64,000 nt of DNA from Styela clava (lineage: Eukaryota): the NCBI RefSeq assembly GCF_964204865.1, contig NC_135257.1, positions 15,190,001 to 15,254,000 on the forward strand, written 5' to 3'. This document shows positions 28,341-43,800 of this stretch, piece after piece (position 1 is the stretch's first letter; every line of letters begins with the position of its first letter). Below the pieces are notes generated by a model. It saw only the letters and a program-made list of their open reading frames with translations, searched no databases and was not told the DNA's origin. The position numbers and the translations under genes are program-made.

Positions 28341-31129
28341 TCAGTCCACCTTTTTGCGACCAATGAAGTCATCCATCGCTGCGTTAACACCGGTGTATTT
28401 TCCAACGACGAGCAACGCCTTTGTTGGTAGAAGACTTTAAAGTAAAAATAAATCATTAAAGTAGTGCATGCAACTTGCATTTGTGTATTCCTAACAATAC
28501 AGCCCTTTTTATTCTATCCATCAGAACAATAGAGTACAGTGATATCTAGAGATGGGATAAAATTTACTCACTCGAGATTTGAAAATAAAGAAAATGTCGT
28601 CATACAATGATGACGTGACCATGAAATTGCATATATATACACTTCCCACTACATGTTAAAAAGAAATTTAGAGATATGAAAAAATACACATACCTCTTCA
28701 TAACAGCAAACAAGTAGAGCATTTTTGGTAGCATTAACAAATACTGGTTACGAAGAATTGCATCTATAATTCTTGCGACTGCATCGTCCTTCTCCAAGAT
28801 CGGCATGAAGCTAAATGTGGCATAAAGCTTAACATTATATGAAATTTGATATCGAAAATCGGTCATGCTAATTTAGTATCTCCACATTAAATGTAACGAT
28901 AACATGATTGAACTGTATATATGTTGTCTTCATGTTGTTATCTACTCTGCCGAGATTTATTGCAACACGCAAGTTCTTTTTTATTGTCTCACCTGGTTTT
29001 CACTCCTTCAAACATTCCGGTGTTTATATAATAAGGACAAACACAAGTAACGTTCACACCAGTCTTCCCAGTGTGTTGGAGTTCTTGGTGGAGCGCCTCA
29101 CACATACCCACTGCTCCAAATTTACTGAAAATAATGAGATTTATGTGGTATTGAGTAGCAGATAGCAAAATTAACGGAATAGTGATATTAACACCAACAC
29201 AAGTAACTTCCAAGTGAAGAAGGCATTAATGCAGTTGTTCTCCACGGAGGGCCTGTGGCAGTTGAAAGAGGTAAAAGCCTCCGGAAGGGAGCCACGAGCC
29301 ATAAAAGGTTGGGAACCACTGCAATAATGTTTTAAATTCCCATAGTTGTTTACCCCAAAGAGGCTAAACTCGTAAGCTAAAATCAAACACAATCTCTTAG
29401 CTATGCGTATTAACAAATTCTGATAGTGAATGAAGTGAGAATTTATTGAAAATTTTAGAAGGGAAAAGTACCTTGCAGCATAATCAACTTGTCCTGGTAC
29501 ACCAAAATAGCCAGCACCACTGGAGATGGTTACAACGTGCCCCTCGTTTCTCTCCAACATTTCCGGTAAAAAGGCTTTCAGAGTCTGAAGAATTGAACGT
29601 AAGAAGTTTAACGTAAAGTTTCGTGTATTAACAGATCCATCAGGAATGACAACATTCATGACATAATAATAATTCATGTATTCAAGTCGTGCATGAGTGT
29701 GAAACAATTAAATTACTCATTCCTGACATGCCAGCGCCAATCAAATGTGGCAATGGTTGTGGTACACGTCTCATTTTATTGAGTGAACAATCTTTGAAAA
29801 TTGGCTATAAGTATAATCGAGTGTTAAATTGGTAATTGCCCATTATATTTCAAATATTCATGCATATCATTTTCTTTATTCTTAACCATCTTATCCATTT
29901 CCAGTCTAAACACTCAGGTAAGCTATGTCGATAATATTACCCAGAAATGAGCCATAGTGTTGACTTCCATTGTTTTTTGCATCATGCTATCGGAGCATTT
30001 CAGGATTGTTTTTCCAGAAACAATTCCAGCATTATTTATGAGAATATCAACCCGACCAATGTCTTGTTTCACCTGAAGAATGTGGATGAATCGTTATTTA
30101 ACTAGCTGGTGTATACAGTACTGAATGCTGCGGCTCATCATGTACCAGATGCAATGCTTTATATTTATGGGATCAGGCTGTTGGAAATCAACAAGTTTGG
30201 TCAAAATATTGCTCAAATTAATGCCGCAGAAGATTGCATACACTATTAAAGAATAAGAACACTTATTGATCTTAGTCAAACCTCAATGATTGCTATAAAC
30301 AATTTGTAAGGTTTACATTTGGGTGCATTTGGGCACAACAAATTAGCCTGCTCATTGGTTTCGTTAAAACTGATATTGAATGTTACGTTATTATTCAACA
30401 ACTTCAAGATGTTTCATATTAGTAATTGACCGGATCCTGGTTTCAGCTTAGTACTTGCCTTTTCTGCTGTTTTGTAGATAGCTTCCCTGTCGCTTAAATC
30501 ACAAGTATAAGCATAAAATTCTTTTCCAGTTTCTTCCTCCATAACCTTGCTCGTTTCATTTAAATTTTTTTGTGAAACGTCCCACCCAACAATTGTACAA
30601 CCGAGTTTTGCAAATTCAACGGATAGTCTTTGACCTGAACAAAGTAGATTACACGATGAAAAATACTACAAATATGTTCGTACAACATAACAAGAATCTT
30701 GTTATTAATTCCAGAACGCTTTGTCAATAGTTTTCTCCATATAATCACAAATACAAATGGAAAATGACGATACAATCGAATTGCGTAAAACAAATATACA
30801 TTTTTATAACCTACAAGACGGTGAAAAACGAATCCCTCGTATTTAAAGAGAAAATTATTAAATTCACTCAAAATATAGTGTAAATTCAAAATAATGAATA
30901 TTGTCGAGTACTCTCCAGTAATTTTTTTTAATATTAAAAAAGAAAATAACTTGCTATCCAAACTTTTCCTTCACTCACCTATACCACTTCCAGCTCCAGT
31001 TACCAGGACAACTTGTCCCGAAACATCCTTTCTACTTGGTTGAATGAAGAATTTAACAATTGCTTCTAACTGATAGTATATAACGAGAACAAGCATCCAA
31101 AGTAGGTTGAGCACAATTTCAAACCCCAT
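28341..31129 (-). CDS. Short-chain dehydrogenase/reductase of the SDR16C family (SDR16C5/RDH10-like retinol dehydrogenase), 304 aa, 7 exons
   Basis: Exons 31129-30979, 30634-30459, 30072-29941, 29584-29472, 29124-28993, 28810-28694, 28434-28341 (915 nt). N-terminal hydrophobic anchor, VLVTGAGSGIG, DILINNAGIV, catalytic YAASK, VCPYYINTGMF. Intron 2 has a GC donor. Confidence 0.93.
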
Positions 31130-33454
31130 GATACCTATACCACCTAATAATCGATCACCTATTAATAAGTTGTCTGCATTAGAAAATGCATGATATATAT
31201 ATATATTGAGAAATTTTTAATCCATTTCAAAATAATGAAATAATGTAAAAATAATGAAAGAGTGCAACACTGCATTAATTCATGACTCTTTCTCTCGGAT
31301 TGAAAAAATATTTCGACCTCAAGTATTTGCTACTGTGACGTCACAGTTTGCGATTATTTTTATTCGCTCACCCTCTCCCAATCGAAAACATATATATATA
31401 TATATATACTGACCACGGACCGAGTGGCGTTGAATAAAATAACAAAGACTTTCATTGTCAAATCTTGAGATCAATCACCATGTGAAAATCCTGAAAATCT
31501 ATCGCTAAAATCTATAGCTAGACTAACATAAAATAATCTCAATACTCTGATTGATATTGGCTGGCTCTCGTGCGGTTTCAACTTTGTATACTACTATGAA
31601 CTAAGAACGTTAACCCAACGTTGCTCTGTTTTTTAGTCAATAATCGTTTTTGGCCCAGTCTAGCGCCAACCCACGAGATCACGTTGTTTTATTTTATGTT
31701 AGATCAATTTATTACGTTGTTTAATTGGTAATGTTATGACATCATAACTCGATATAAATATATTTCAAACGAGAAATAAACTCATAACAGCCAAATCAAA
31801 TTTCGTAAGAGTAACTCGACTTCTCCCGATGCGTCAGGTTGTGAAATCTCACCCTGAATTTGGTTCGCAATAAGTCGTCTGCATATTATCTTGTTACATT
31901 TCGCAACATCGTTCTGCTCGAACTGTCCTATTTAAACGAACAACAATTGCTAATTGGTTTACTGAAAGATTATTTCACGCCCCGCAAAGCAGGTCAGGTA
32001 ACTGGACTTCTTATGCCTGTTTGCTCTAAGCGAATACTCCCTCGACTAAAGTACATTGATAACTGGAAGACTAAAATGACCTGCATGAAGTTAATGTCGA
32101 TATATAAAACGCCTTTTCATCATGCTGATTTCAAGATTAAGTGTATGTCTTTAACAGATAATAGTGCTATAACCTCAGTAACGCCCTTACATCGCTCAAC
32201 TGGCTTGCAATTTCGCAAAACAACAAGTTAATATTTCACTAATGATTTAGTTCATCTGAGTTTAATTATCCAATAAAATGATCGCAGTGGACCATGTGCT
32301 CGTCTGAAAAACTCTGCGGTCAGTTTTAAACGGCGATATGTATTATGCATAATAATACGCCACGATATGATTATTACGAGGACGAACATTGATCAATAAT
32401 TCATCGTGTCTGCTGGTAAGACAGTATTGATTCCTGTTTGTACACAATAAAAACTTCAAGGTTATCATATTGTAATCATATAGTGATTACAGCGTTATAT
32501 TGGCGCCATTCAATGAAAATGAACACTAAATACATGTCATCATCGCTAAAGCAAGGGTACCTATTGCAACAGTAAACTAGAAAACATGACACTGCAGTCA
32601 GCCTGGTTTCCGGGTTATCTTACGACTAATGTTCTCTCACCCAAAGCTTTTTGTGGCGAGCTATTTCCGTCTAAACATGCAAACATTTTACCTTACCCCT
32701 AACCAAACACTTCAGGAATTCGGGTGATAAGATTACAGTTCTACGTCATACCAACACAAATGCTATTTTGGTTATATCAACTCCGCCTTGATCGATGGAT
32801 CGTGGGTCAGCAACTGCCGATGCTTCCTAATCAGTCGAGAATAAATTCAGTTATTGCGATAACATTGACGTTTTACCCACACACTGTACAAATTTAACCT
32901 CGACTGCCGGTATGTCTCTCATATAATTGCCAATGCAGCTAATTTAAACAATCTCAGGTACATGTGTATAGTACTCCTCTATGACACTGGCTTGGTCGCA
33001 ATTTACATCGATCAGCGATGTGGCCACTTACACCATTTACGTCGAAAAGCCAAAGACAATAAATACAAAGCCGACAATTGAACAATGCTTGCCTTCGCAA
33101 CTTTGTAAATGCTGGCCTCTCTGAAATCAACCCGGATGATCGCACGCACTTATCGGAATACAAAACTACTTTTAACAACAATTGGTACATTTTACATGAA
33201 ATGATCAGTTTCATACAAAACAAATAGCGTACATCATGGTGCTGCAAAAGTAATACTTCCTGTGCTTATCAAGTGATGTTTCACAGACATATATATCCAT
33301 TTAAATAGCTCTTCACAAAGCGGCTATGTAAGTCGAATCGCGCTCCTCGTGCTGGGTTAGAGGTCGGGAAAAAAATCAGGTGCATAAAGTTAGGTATGGA
33401 TACATTAACGAATAAACGTTTTAGACCACCAAATCATACGATGATTCGGATCTT

Positions 33455-33804
33455 TTTTACAAAGCCCTCGTCAAAGAAAAACGGACCTCCAGAAGTATGC
33501 GCACCAAGATGGCGCACAGCCTGAACATAGTATGTGTGTACCGGTTAGGATTCAGGCTGTGCAACATCCTGGTGCGCATACTTCTGGAGCCCTGAAAAAA
33601 CATCCCCACCAACGCTGAAAAAGGAGAAATTTCGCAAATATCCAGTTAGGGTTAGAATGTAGATTGCGCTGGAAATTCAATATTTTAAATCATTCCAAAC
33701 CCTAACTGGATAATTACTAATTTATTATTTAAAAACGTGGTGTTTTTTTTTCTTTTTCAAATTCTCACATTTTGGCATTATTGGTGAGGGCTTTGTACAA
33801 AAAA
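33455..33804. mobile_element. Nested palindromic MITEs
   Basis: Inner element ~33483-33591 has a 20-bp perfect inverted repeat CTCCAGAAGTATGCGCACCA (33487-33506 / 33570-33589). Outer arms: ACAAAGCCCTC / GAGGGCTTTGT and ATCCAGTTAGGGTT / AACCCTAACTGGAT. Confidence 0.7.
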
Positions 33805-33940
33805 TTCAATGATTCCTTCTGTTTACTCCAATGATATTATCACTCACTCTACTAGTAAACATTTCGTGCGTTTTCAGGCTATAACTACGACACTCGTTTA
33901 AACGAAAATAAAATTCCGTTTTCATATCTTCATGGAAATT

Positions 33941-34048
33941 ATTTCGGCCCACGGACGTTTACGACCAGACGTTTCGGTGCACGCAGACTTGAGTGCGGAG
34001 ATACGTTTATCAAAAATGTGACCCGAGGAATAGTCCGTGGGCCGAAAT
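33941..34048. mobile_element. Short MITE-like inverted repeat element
   Basis: 16-bp inverted repeat ATTTCGGCCCACGGAC / GTCCGTGGGCCGAAAT. Confidence 0.65.
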
Positions 34049-37000
34049 ATCATATTGTTGAACACGAATTAGGTTGAAAGAACCCCACACCATATGAGCT
34101 TGAGTCCTGTTTTTATGGACTGTGATTCTCGTGAGATGCGATTTATTTAAATTAGAAAATAGTACCGTAATTTTCACCAGTAATCATCGCACTTCATTTA
34201 TAGCGTTCATTTGCCAGTTAGAAAATTTATTACAATAGCCTCCTTATGACAATAACTTTGGTGAAATCGTGTTACGATGATGTAGTTATGCTAAAATTTC
34301 ATATATAATCGATATTCACGCATTACATTTCCTTAACAAGCACCCTTATTACAAACAGAATCAGTGGCGTCCAATGCAAATTGAAATAGACAATTCATGT
34401 AAAATTAAAACGAAAAACATAACATCTGGTTTTATGTGTTAGTACACATAAAATATATTCAGTCTTTATTTGATCCATAAACGATCACAAACATTTTTTG
34501 AGGGCACGAAGAACACAAAAAATTAACAGACTCCTAATTTCAAGCCTGACTCTGTATATTCAATTAATTTTTAATCAACATATTGGCAGTCCTCTTATCT
34601 TATCCCATGATCACGAACGCCTTTGAAATTTCTTTTATTTCGAAAACTGAGCAGCTGTCCTAATTTTGTATGAAAAATTATTAATATTGCCACTTGAACA
34701 AAAATCTTGAGCGCACTTTTCGAAAGCGCGATGGGGTTTGAAGAGGTCATCAACGCAGTATGTATTCCTCGCACCTGGAGGGCTATTTCATCAACGTCTT
34801 AATGAAATCCGCCGACGCTATGTTGTTTTAGTCATCGCTAACTCGCCCAGTTCCGTCCCTGTTAACTAACTAGTATATTTGCAACTATTTGTCAATAATT
34901 AGTAGTTTTCACATGCTGTTAGAGATGGATACTTTACGGACCTGGTATTATAGATGAGCTCTATCTTAAGCCAGCTTTTGAAGGGTTATACTTGGTTATT
35001 TCGCAGTCAAGTTTTGTAATATATGCGTAAAAGTTACTGATCTTTTATAGAAGCGTAATAATCGACTTTCAAGTGGGCTTCAGCGTATATCTTAGGTATA
35101 TATTACGGAAAAGCATAGGGAATTATGTCCAGTTAAGAGATCTTTCCAGAGTAAGAACCCTTTTAAGCCTAAAATATTAAGATAAAGACATAGTAGTTCG
35201 GTCGAATTTAGCTCAAGGATGAGTGTCATCAGAACCGATAACGGTAGTTTAATAGAAAGAGTAGTTATTTAGGCACAGTAAATGATTCATAGTTAAATAA
35301 GGAAGTTCATTATCGAACCAAATACTCATCCCCATGTGGGAATGTATCTTCAATTTGAAATAATCTAGGCTTTCATGTAAAATATTCGCTTTGTGCCGGA
35401 TATTCCAACATGCTTTTTGTGATTCTAGCTTTGACTTATAATTTAGGGCTTTATCGATGTTCTATCTTCATTGCTAATGACCAATCATAGTAATTTGTTT
35501 ACGATATTAGAACCTCAACGTGGATCTACAATGTGTTGGTTAATCTAGATTTTCTCGAATATTTTTGTTTATTAACTTGGGCATTTTCTCGTTTTTTAAA
35601 AGCAAAGTTCACATTAGCTTTCATTCAAACCCTCACTCAAGCCAAGTTATCTTAGCATTCTTTAGTCAGCCAGAATAGTTATTAGTAAAGCATGAGACGG
35701 TCAGCGCGCATGTATAATAGGCTAAATAGGGTATTTTAGGTGAATTGTATCGTTCCCAGCTACGTTGCTCAGCAAATAACTGTATCGTACGCTAAACAAG
35801 ATGTCATAGAATTTCGTCAGTTCTACATAACAATGAGTAATATCGAAGCGCCAGCAGTATCCACAGATAAATCGGCAATGACAACACCAAGAAAATCGAA
35901 TTTTACAATTTCGAAATTCTTCCACCAATTCTGAGTTGTTTACCTTTCCCGTGCTTGATCTTATAAGGAACATACTCAACTGAAATGGAGATTGCTACAA
36001 TTCTCAAAATTTATTTCCACACGCCAAAAGCCAAACCAAATTTTGCCGGGTTAACCAAAATTATATGCTGCTATACTGATATTAGTTCAAATACCAAGTA
36101 TGTGGTATTAAGCCAACCGATTCACGCTACAAAAATATTGGTGACATACAGTAGCTGCAGAAAAGGCTATTAGAAATATAAACATTTCCCAGACATGCGT
36201 TTGTGACCCTGTCCAGAATAGACAACAATATAGCATATGTACGGAAAAGCTTAATACTATAGACAAAACATAACGCTTTTCTTTAGCCAAATTTCGTACA
36301 TAATCGTATGAGAATAAACAAAATCTTCAGAAAAAGGTCTTTTGTAGCAGGATATATTTTCATTGTGATTACCTAAGTATGATTGGTATAAATGAACACC
36401 AATGGAGTCGCGAGTATTTACGCGCAAACATATTGACTCGGCAACTTTTATTGTCGTCACGCTATGCTTGTTATATATATACCGAGGAAGGACAAAATGT
36501 CTAAGCTAAATTGCCAATATCTCCATTAAAGTCCATGTCGCTGTAGCCTCGAAGCTTTGACTTCAACGGTTTTATTGACATACAAATCCCATCAATCAGT
36601 TATTTATCCGCGCACGGGTTACAAAACATTTCGCCACGCCTTAAAACAAACTTGGATATTAAGCATAGCAGTAAGCGCGTTTATCAATTCGCATAGCCTA
36701 TTAGTTGGGTGGTACAGCTAAATTAAAGCAGACAACCAGATAGAACATAGCAACGACCGACTTGTTGTTTTTGACCTGGCCTCGCACTATCGCTAATAAC
36801 ATTTGGTCGAAAAATTTAAGCTGACCTTAACTATAAGCAATCCTTTAAAACGCGGAATGCTGCACTCAACTCTAATAAAGAGAGAATTGACTGCAAATAC
36901 GTAAACAGTTTAATGCTGTAAAATTTGCGTGTAAACAATATAATCACTTTACTTACAAAGCACTTTAAGCGTCCTCGTTCTACAAGATATACACGCAGTT

Positions 37001-37820
37001 GAGAAAAATATACCGCCTAGAATGTATATGTAACGCAATTGTATTTTAATCGTTTTTTACAAGATACTTCCAGTTGCTTAAATTATTTTACCCACATGAC
37101 ATCATAAATCTGGATAGATGAAGGATGTTTACACGAGCGTATATAGAAGAGGTGTTCCATACCAACAGTTTCGTGGGTAATTTAACTGGGTGATACGTGT
37201 TATGAAGACAAATGTTATTTCCTACACTACAGGATAAACATTCCTGAAAGCGATAAATATTTTTCATAACTGAAAACGAAGGTAGTTATGTGCCGTTCAG
37301 AAACTATATAACCCAGTAAATGCTATTGTTGAATAAAGTTGCCCAAGCTAAGCCTTTGGCCGTAATGGTAAAATAATAAATATAAAATGAATCGCCAGAG
37401 CTGGTTATAACAAAAATAGTTTATTTAATCACACGTTTTCAGCCAGATGTGTAAGTTCACATCACGCTTTTCCTCCGGTGTATACAATATACTAACTGTA
37501 CTCGGCTAGCTATCAGTAACGTAATATATCCATGATTGGTGAGGTAATAGTAGAACGTTTTTGTTTACCTATACACTTGCTCAATCATTACCAAATATTG
37601 TCCGCGGCTGACTGTTTATTTTCCACGATACAGTTCTATACATTTATTTTCATTCACGAACCGCTGATATTCCTTGAAATATATATATATTTACATATCA
37701 AAAACAATATCTTGATGATTCATTTGGCTAATTGTATTGCCTTCTATACTTTGTAGAATTTTTGTTTAGGTTTAGGCAATGGTAACTAGAAACACTGTCA
37801 AATATCCGCGAAGAAGCAAC

Positions 37821-40800
37821 ATGCATTTTATAGTACTTGTTAAGGCCCTGCTCATGGTTCTACAACTTCATGCCACTGGTAAGTAAGAAATACTTTATTT
37901 TTTTAAAATTTAATTGCAAAGATATCAGAAGCCAAAAAAATTATCTTATTCTGAAGAAACGGGTACGTCGAAATATATATCCCACGAGGATAAAGAAAAC
38001 AAGAGAGCAATGCTCAAATATATGAACGCGAAGGCCAAAACGAACTGGAATCAAATCTTTAAGTCTGATTACGAAATCGCTGAAATGCGGTCACGGAACC
38101 ATGACACGGTGCGCATGTTTTAATTTTGATGACGTATCGCATAGACCGCACAGAAATTTTCCAAATGAAAAAAGTTAGTCTTCTAACAAAAATACAATCT
38201 TCAACCACTGGAAATTTCAAAGCAATTGCTTCATTAGTCAATGAAAAAAACGTTTTTTCGCAACCAGGGGAAGAAAGGAATACCAACGAGATCGTGACCA
38301 ACAACAACACAATAGCAAAATGATCCATATGTACATTCCGTGTCCAATAAACATTTGATTTAGCAACAAGTTTGTAATAACAGAGCCGGCAAAACAGAGT
38401 TCCTCAAGCAATATTAAAAAGCATTAATAAACCTTTGTTATCACGGATAGAGCTTCCTTTGAATTCACGCATGTCAATAATAATCTCAAATTACCATATC
38501 TGCATTTTCTCGCCTGTACTGAAAGTGTACTTCACTGTGTAATATGATGAATGCTTACTAAGTATAAATTCCAGCGCTTCAGATTCTGAAAGTTGATTTG
38601 AAATATCACCGTGGCTCGTAAATTAACAATGCGTAAAAAGTACGTCAAAATGTACGAAAATAGACAAAGTGGGTTTGGCCTAAATACACCTTAACACACT
38701 AAAAATTGCGTAGCGACGTCGCATAACATTCCAAAAAAATAAGAAGTTCATACGTCGTTATGGTTCAACGTAGGCGTTTGGAAGATTTTAAACGTTCTAA
38801 ATCGAATATTATATGAGAAAACTTGGTAAAGTTTACTAAAGAAAATCACAGTAATTTCACACAGTAATCTATCGCCGTTCAAATAATCGACCTTATGTCC
38901 AATAGTGATGATACCTATTAAATAATTCTAAATTGAAGGCTTTGCGCGTATGACGTACACGAATTAGCAGGCATGCAACGATCAAATTTGATTCCAACAT
39001 ACTGTTATGCATAGTATCCATTCCCTGATATTCATGCAAACTTTTAATTCTAGGAATTCCTGTACAAATCTGAAAGCAGCGTATCGTATCTCAGTAACTC
39101 AATACCAAGTAACTCCCATAATTTTCTGATCGCGCCTGCGTACTTCCTCGTTTGCTAGATTTTCGTACAGATGAAATATGAAAAGGTAATAGGACCGGCC
39201 AAGCCTATCCAAACATTAACCTATTATACACAACAGGAAAAAGCAATCATATTGTACTCTGGCAGAAGTTTTTGTACAGTTATATCCCGTTTGATCATAC
39301 ATAAATCGACTTTTCATCTGTGATACATGCTTTGTCAAAGTGTTCGCATTCAACTCGTAGACTCACTCTAATTGCGTGGAAGCTCGTGTCTCATTTTAAA
39401 AATGCAAACTGGACTTCCGCGTGCAATAATATTACGTGTGCTCTGAATAAACTGAGACTCTTTGGCAAACACCACGTTAGGTCACATCACGAATTAATAT
39501 ATAATATATTATGTAAGTGCAAAGTGAGTTGTCTCTCGGCGCGATTACGACATTCCGCTGCAAACAAAGCAGTCGTCTGCTTCATGGCCCAGCAATAACT
39601 GACATGCATACATATTGTCCATTGAGCATCCAGACTGACGGCATAGGATGATAACATTATTTTTTCGTTAATAATGGGTATAAAGTGTTTTACATGTTTC
39701 AAAATTCAATCATCTTCGAAAATCCTTTATCGTTTCTATAACAGACCTCGCTAAACGAGTGCAATTTTTCATCCTCTTTTCTAACTTTTCCATGGAAACT
39801 GTTTAAGTAAGCTAATGTAAGGTTTACTGACGCCACAAAGCATACATGTGCAAATATGCAACAGTAGTAAAATTCGATATTCAGGTCGTGATATACCAAC
39901 TTAAATGTTGCGTAATGCACACCGACGTTTCTAAAATATTTTATTAAATTCGATATACTGTGAAATACCGTAGCAGTCGAAAACAGTATCAGATTCATAT
40001 AGCAATGCAGAATTTAACGATATGCGCCCTAAGACTAGTTACACTAACCTTTTTTCAATCCGAAGTACCCGAAAGTTGCGGATAATCGGCTGGGTAAACT
40101 TTACCAATTTTGGCTACAATTCGTTAACGTTATCGAATTTGGAACTGATTATTCTGAAATCTTAGGTTAAAAATCTTGAATTTACCAGATTTTACTGCCT
40201 GCCTGAATATGGCCCATCGTGGAATGAATTAGATGTAACATGGAAATATTCTACTCTGGGCAACGCTGTAGCTCCAAACGTAACAGTAGCTGCTATTGAA
40301 AAATACAGAAGAAATGATTGTTACTCCATCGTGTAATATTTATTTGTAACTAAGTTCTATAAAACGTCTATAAATTTCGTCCGTCTTTCGGACAAACAAT
40401 TTTATGATGTTCTGAAACACTGTACATCGACATAACCTTTGGGCTGACTTAAACGGCGATAACTCCGACATTCTCGCTTGATATGCCGATGTAATGACAT
40501 CTCCGATGCGACACTAAATTACCTATATCCTGTGTTTTACGTAAATGATTTCATAAGAATAATTTGTTCAAATTATTTGATTTTGTAGGCAATCTTCGGC
40601 GTTTCAGTGTTCTCATTTGTCACATAATATATCATCTGCCGTTATTGTATTTTCAAAGTCATGTCAATATATACCCTTGTCGTACGCAGGCTACAGTCAA
40701 AGTGATCCACTTTTTATGATGAAGAACAAAAAAACACCCTACAATTTTCAAAATCTAAAAATATTATTCAATAAATCTTAATAAATTTGGGTGCTGCCTC

Positions 40801-43800
40801 TTGAGAAAACGCTAAAGCTTATTAAAACAACGAATGCTTCATTAGAAATGAAAAGGTTTGAAAATAATATTATAGATACCTGTGTAACGCACGTTCTTAT
40901 TTAATTTATGCCAACCTTATCAAAATGCAGACAGTTTTAAAATGAACATAAATTAGTGAGTAAAACTTTAGACAATTTGTTTCTGTAAATATTAATATTT
41001 ATCGTTGAAATAAACGTTGTTTCAGGTGCAATTTACAAAACAGGCAACGTATTTCAAACAACTACTAAAGGAGCGATTTATCCACGTGTAAAGTGTGGTA
41101 GGACAATAACAAATACTAACGAAGGTAAAACACATATGCATATTTCCATTACCTTAGAAATATAGGACGTTTTTAAATACGTGGAAACGAGATATTTAAT
41201 TTACCATTTATGATAATAGTATCAACTTGCTTCAATTTGTGCACTGTAGTTAAAATGTGAATTCATTTACTCAGGTGTTATCGAATCACCAGGTTATCCA
41301 CTGAAATACAAATCGAACTTGCGATGCGATTGGTTAATTCAATCACCTCGTAAAAGTGATCACATCTACGTAAATTTTATCGACTTGGATGTAGAGGAAT
41401 CAAACTTGTGTTTGTAAGTGTTTTTTATTGCACCACACGAAAGCAGTGTGTCGTATTTTCATATAATAACGCAACAAAAGCACGAAAGAATTTTCGTATA
41501 TTTTCTATTTCAAAAAAATTCAGCGAAATGGGTAAGATAGTATAGTATAAGTGTCGAATTTTTTCTAATTTTAAACGATTCTTGCTTGGGAAAGTGAAAA
41601 TTGCAATTTTTTTTTTCCATCCATGAAGCAAATATTTAGTCATATTTATATATTCAAAACTAGTACCAAACCCGTACATTCCATATTTATATGTACATTA
41701 ACAAAGGACAAGTCTGAAACGCGCCAGGTTTTTGAGAGCAACAAATCGGGGAGTCATTTATACTTCCTGTTCGTGGTGCATACTTGAAAATCTTTATTCT
41801 TGCTCGTGCGGGGATTATTGGGTATTGACTAATTTCACTTAATTAACTGTGTAAAATATTACAACAGTCTATACATAACACTGTATAATATACTGTGTTT
41901 ATACACTATCTATATAACAGCTGATATTGTATTAAATTTTCATTGTTTAATGAAATATAATTTACTTTTAGGTTTGACTATGTTTCTCTAACATTTGAAG
42001 GATCTCGACCACAACGATTTTGTGGATACGAGACACCATCGAATCAACCTATTATAGTTGAAAATAGTGGATGGATTCGAATTAAGTTTTTAACAGATGG
42101 ATCAGTAGAAAAATCGGGATTCAGGATTGCTTTCAAAAGTACGTGTTGCATAAACATATGTATACCGTATTACCGTATTCGTATATTATGGATAACATTT
42201 TGAAACAATTTGTTTTTAGTCGAGAAAAGAAGTTCAGAAGAAATGCCGATACTTTTGCCTCAAACTCAGCAACACAGGTATACTCCCTTACCAGAGAGCA
42301 CTTCGGATAAATTGTCAACTAATTACGATTCCTTGAGATTCAAAGAGTTCTTTCGTTTTGCATCTTCATTAAAAAGTAAGTTGATAATATTGTGTGATAA
42401 AAACAACAGGGTAAAACCGATGCTTTTTATATTGGCGTCTACAGTACTATTAAAGTTTGCGAACACGTCAAAATACAGTTACTTCGATTTTCAACAACTT
42501 TTAAGGATTTTATTCAAATTTTGATAAATCTCACATCTTATTTACAACTCATCCGCGATATTCGTTGCTGAGCATACCATATTGTAAAAAGAATTTGAGA
42601 ATCGCGGTAACACACAAAATTTAGGTTACCAAAAATGAATGGAAATTCCTAAAAAACGAGGTGAAATCAACTCCATATATAATTAATGCAGTGATTGTAA
42701 TGCAAAATATTTCATTAATTTTTTTACAGTGCCAAACTCGACTGATGAAGGGAGCCGGACAACCGACAAAAGCAAAACAACCTTGTCGAGATGTCAGCTT
42801 CCAAATGTAGACCAAAAATTCAACGTTGGCGACATTGTGCGGATTACTTGCTCGGCAGGGGAGCATGACTCTCAAAATTCTACTAATATAACTTGTCTTC
42901 CGGGCGGCCAATGGACGGAATCACTTTCATGCAAACCATTCGGTGTGCTTGAATTCATATTTTAAGTTTAAACTAATAGTGAAATTACTTTAATTTTATA
43001 TTATGCTTTTTATTAAATAGTTTAAATTTTAGATGTTCTTTTGCGATGTTGGTGCAAAAGGTATTAAACACTTCAGATAGTCACTCCAATATCTTTCTGT
43101 TATCACGATTCACGTTATCGTTTATGATAGTAGCAGCGAAAGAGTTCGCCTTTTTAAATAACATAATATATGTACCGCTTAGATTGCTGCAATGTGTCTG
43201 TTTATTGGATTAATAACGAAAAACAAGAAGTAATTTCAAAATTATATTTAAACCAATTAATTCTTGAGTTATACAAGATTTATAGTTCACATATTCTTTA
43301 TAAATATATCAGATGGAATATATTTCAAAATAAGTTTTGTGTGAAAAGCCAATATATATTCACTTTTTACGCATATTGCATGGCTTGTATTAGAAACAGT
43401 TATTGTAAGTTTGAAAGAATACCATCGGACACCTCTGTATTTCAATTACATCGTACGTTTTATGCACTGGCATCACAAAACTGGATACTAACGTGAGTAT
43501 AAATAAATATTTTACTACAGATATCACAGGACATGCGAAAGTGGAATCTCAAATTGTGTTATCATACTGGCAGATTGCGATGCTGATCGTGACCGGGGTG
43601 GCATGTACAATATACGTCATCTTTACATCGTACCTGTTTGTAGCTCAAAGGTAAAATATTGAAAAGTCTGACTTCAGTGATGCTTACCTGATTTGCATCC
43701 AAATTGCATATATATTGCTTTTTTGCATATAAATGTTTTGCACTTCGAACACGCGATACATCCGTCATTATCGCGATATAAGATAAGGCCTTGTCAAATC

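Noticed and set aside
29171-29707. 178-aa ORF as a stand-alone gene
   Set aside because: Only 29584-29472 is SDR exon 4; the rest is intron and hAT-like repeat read-through.
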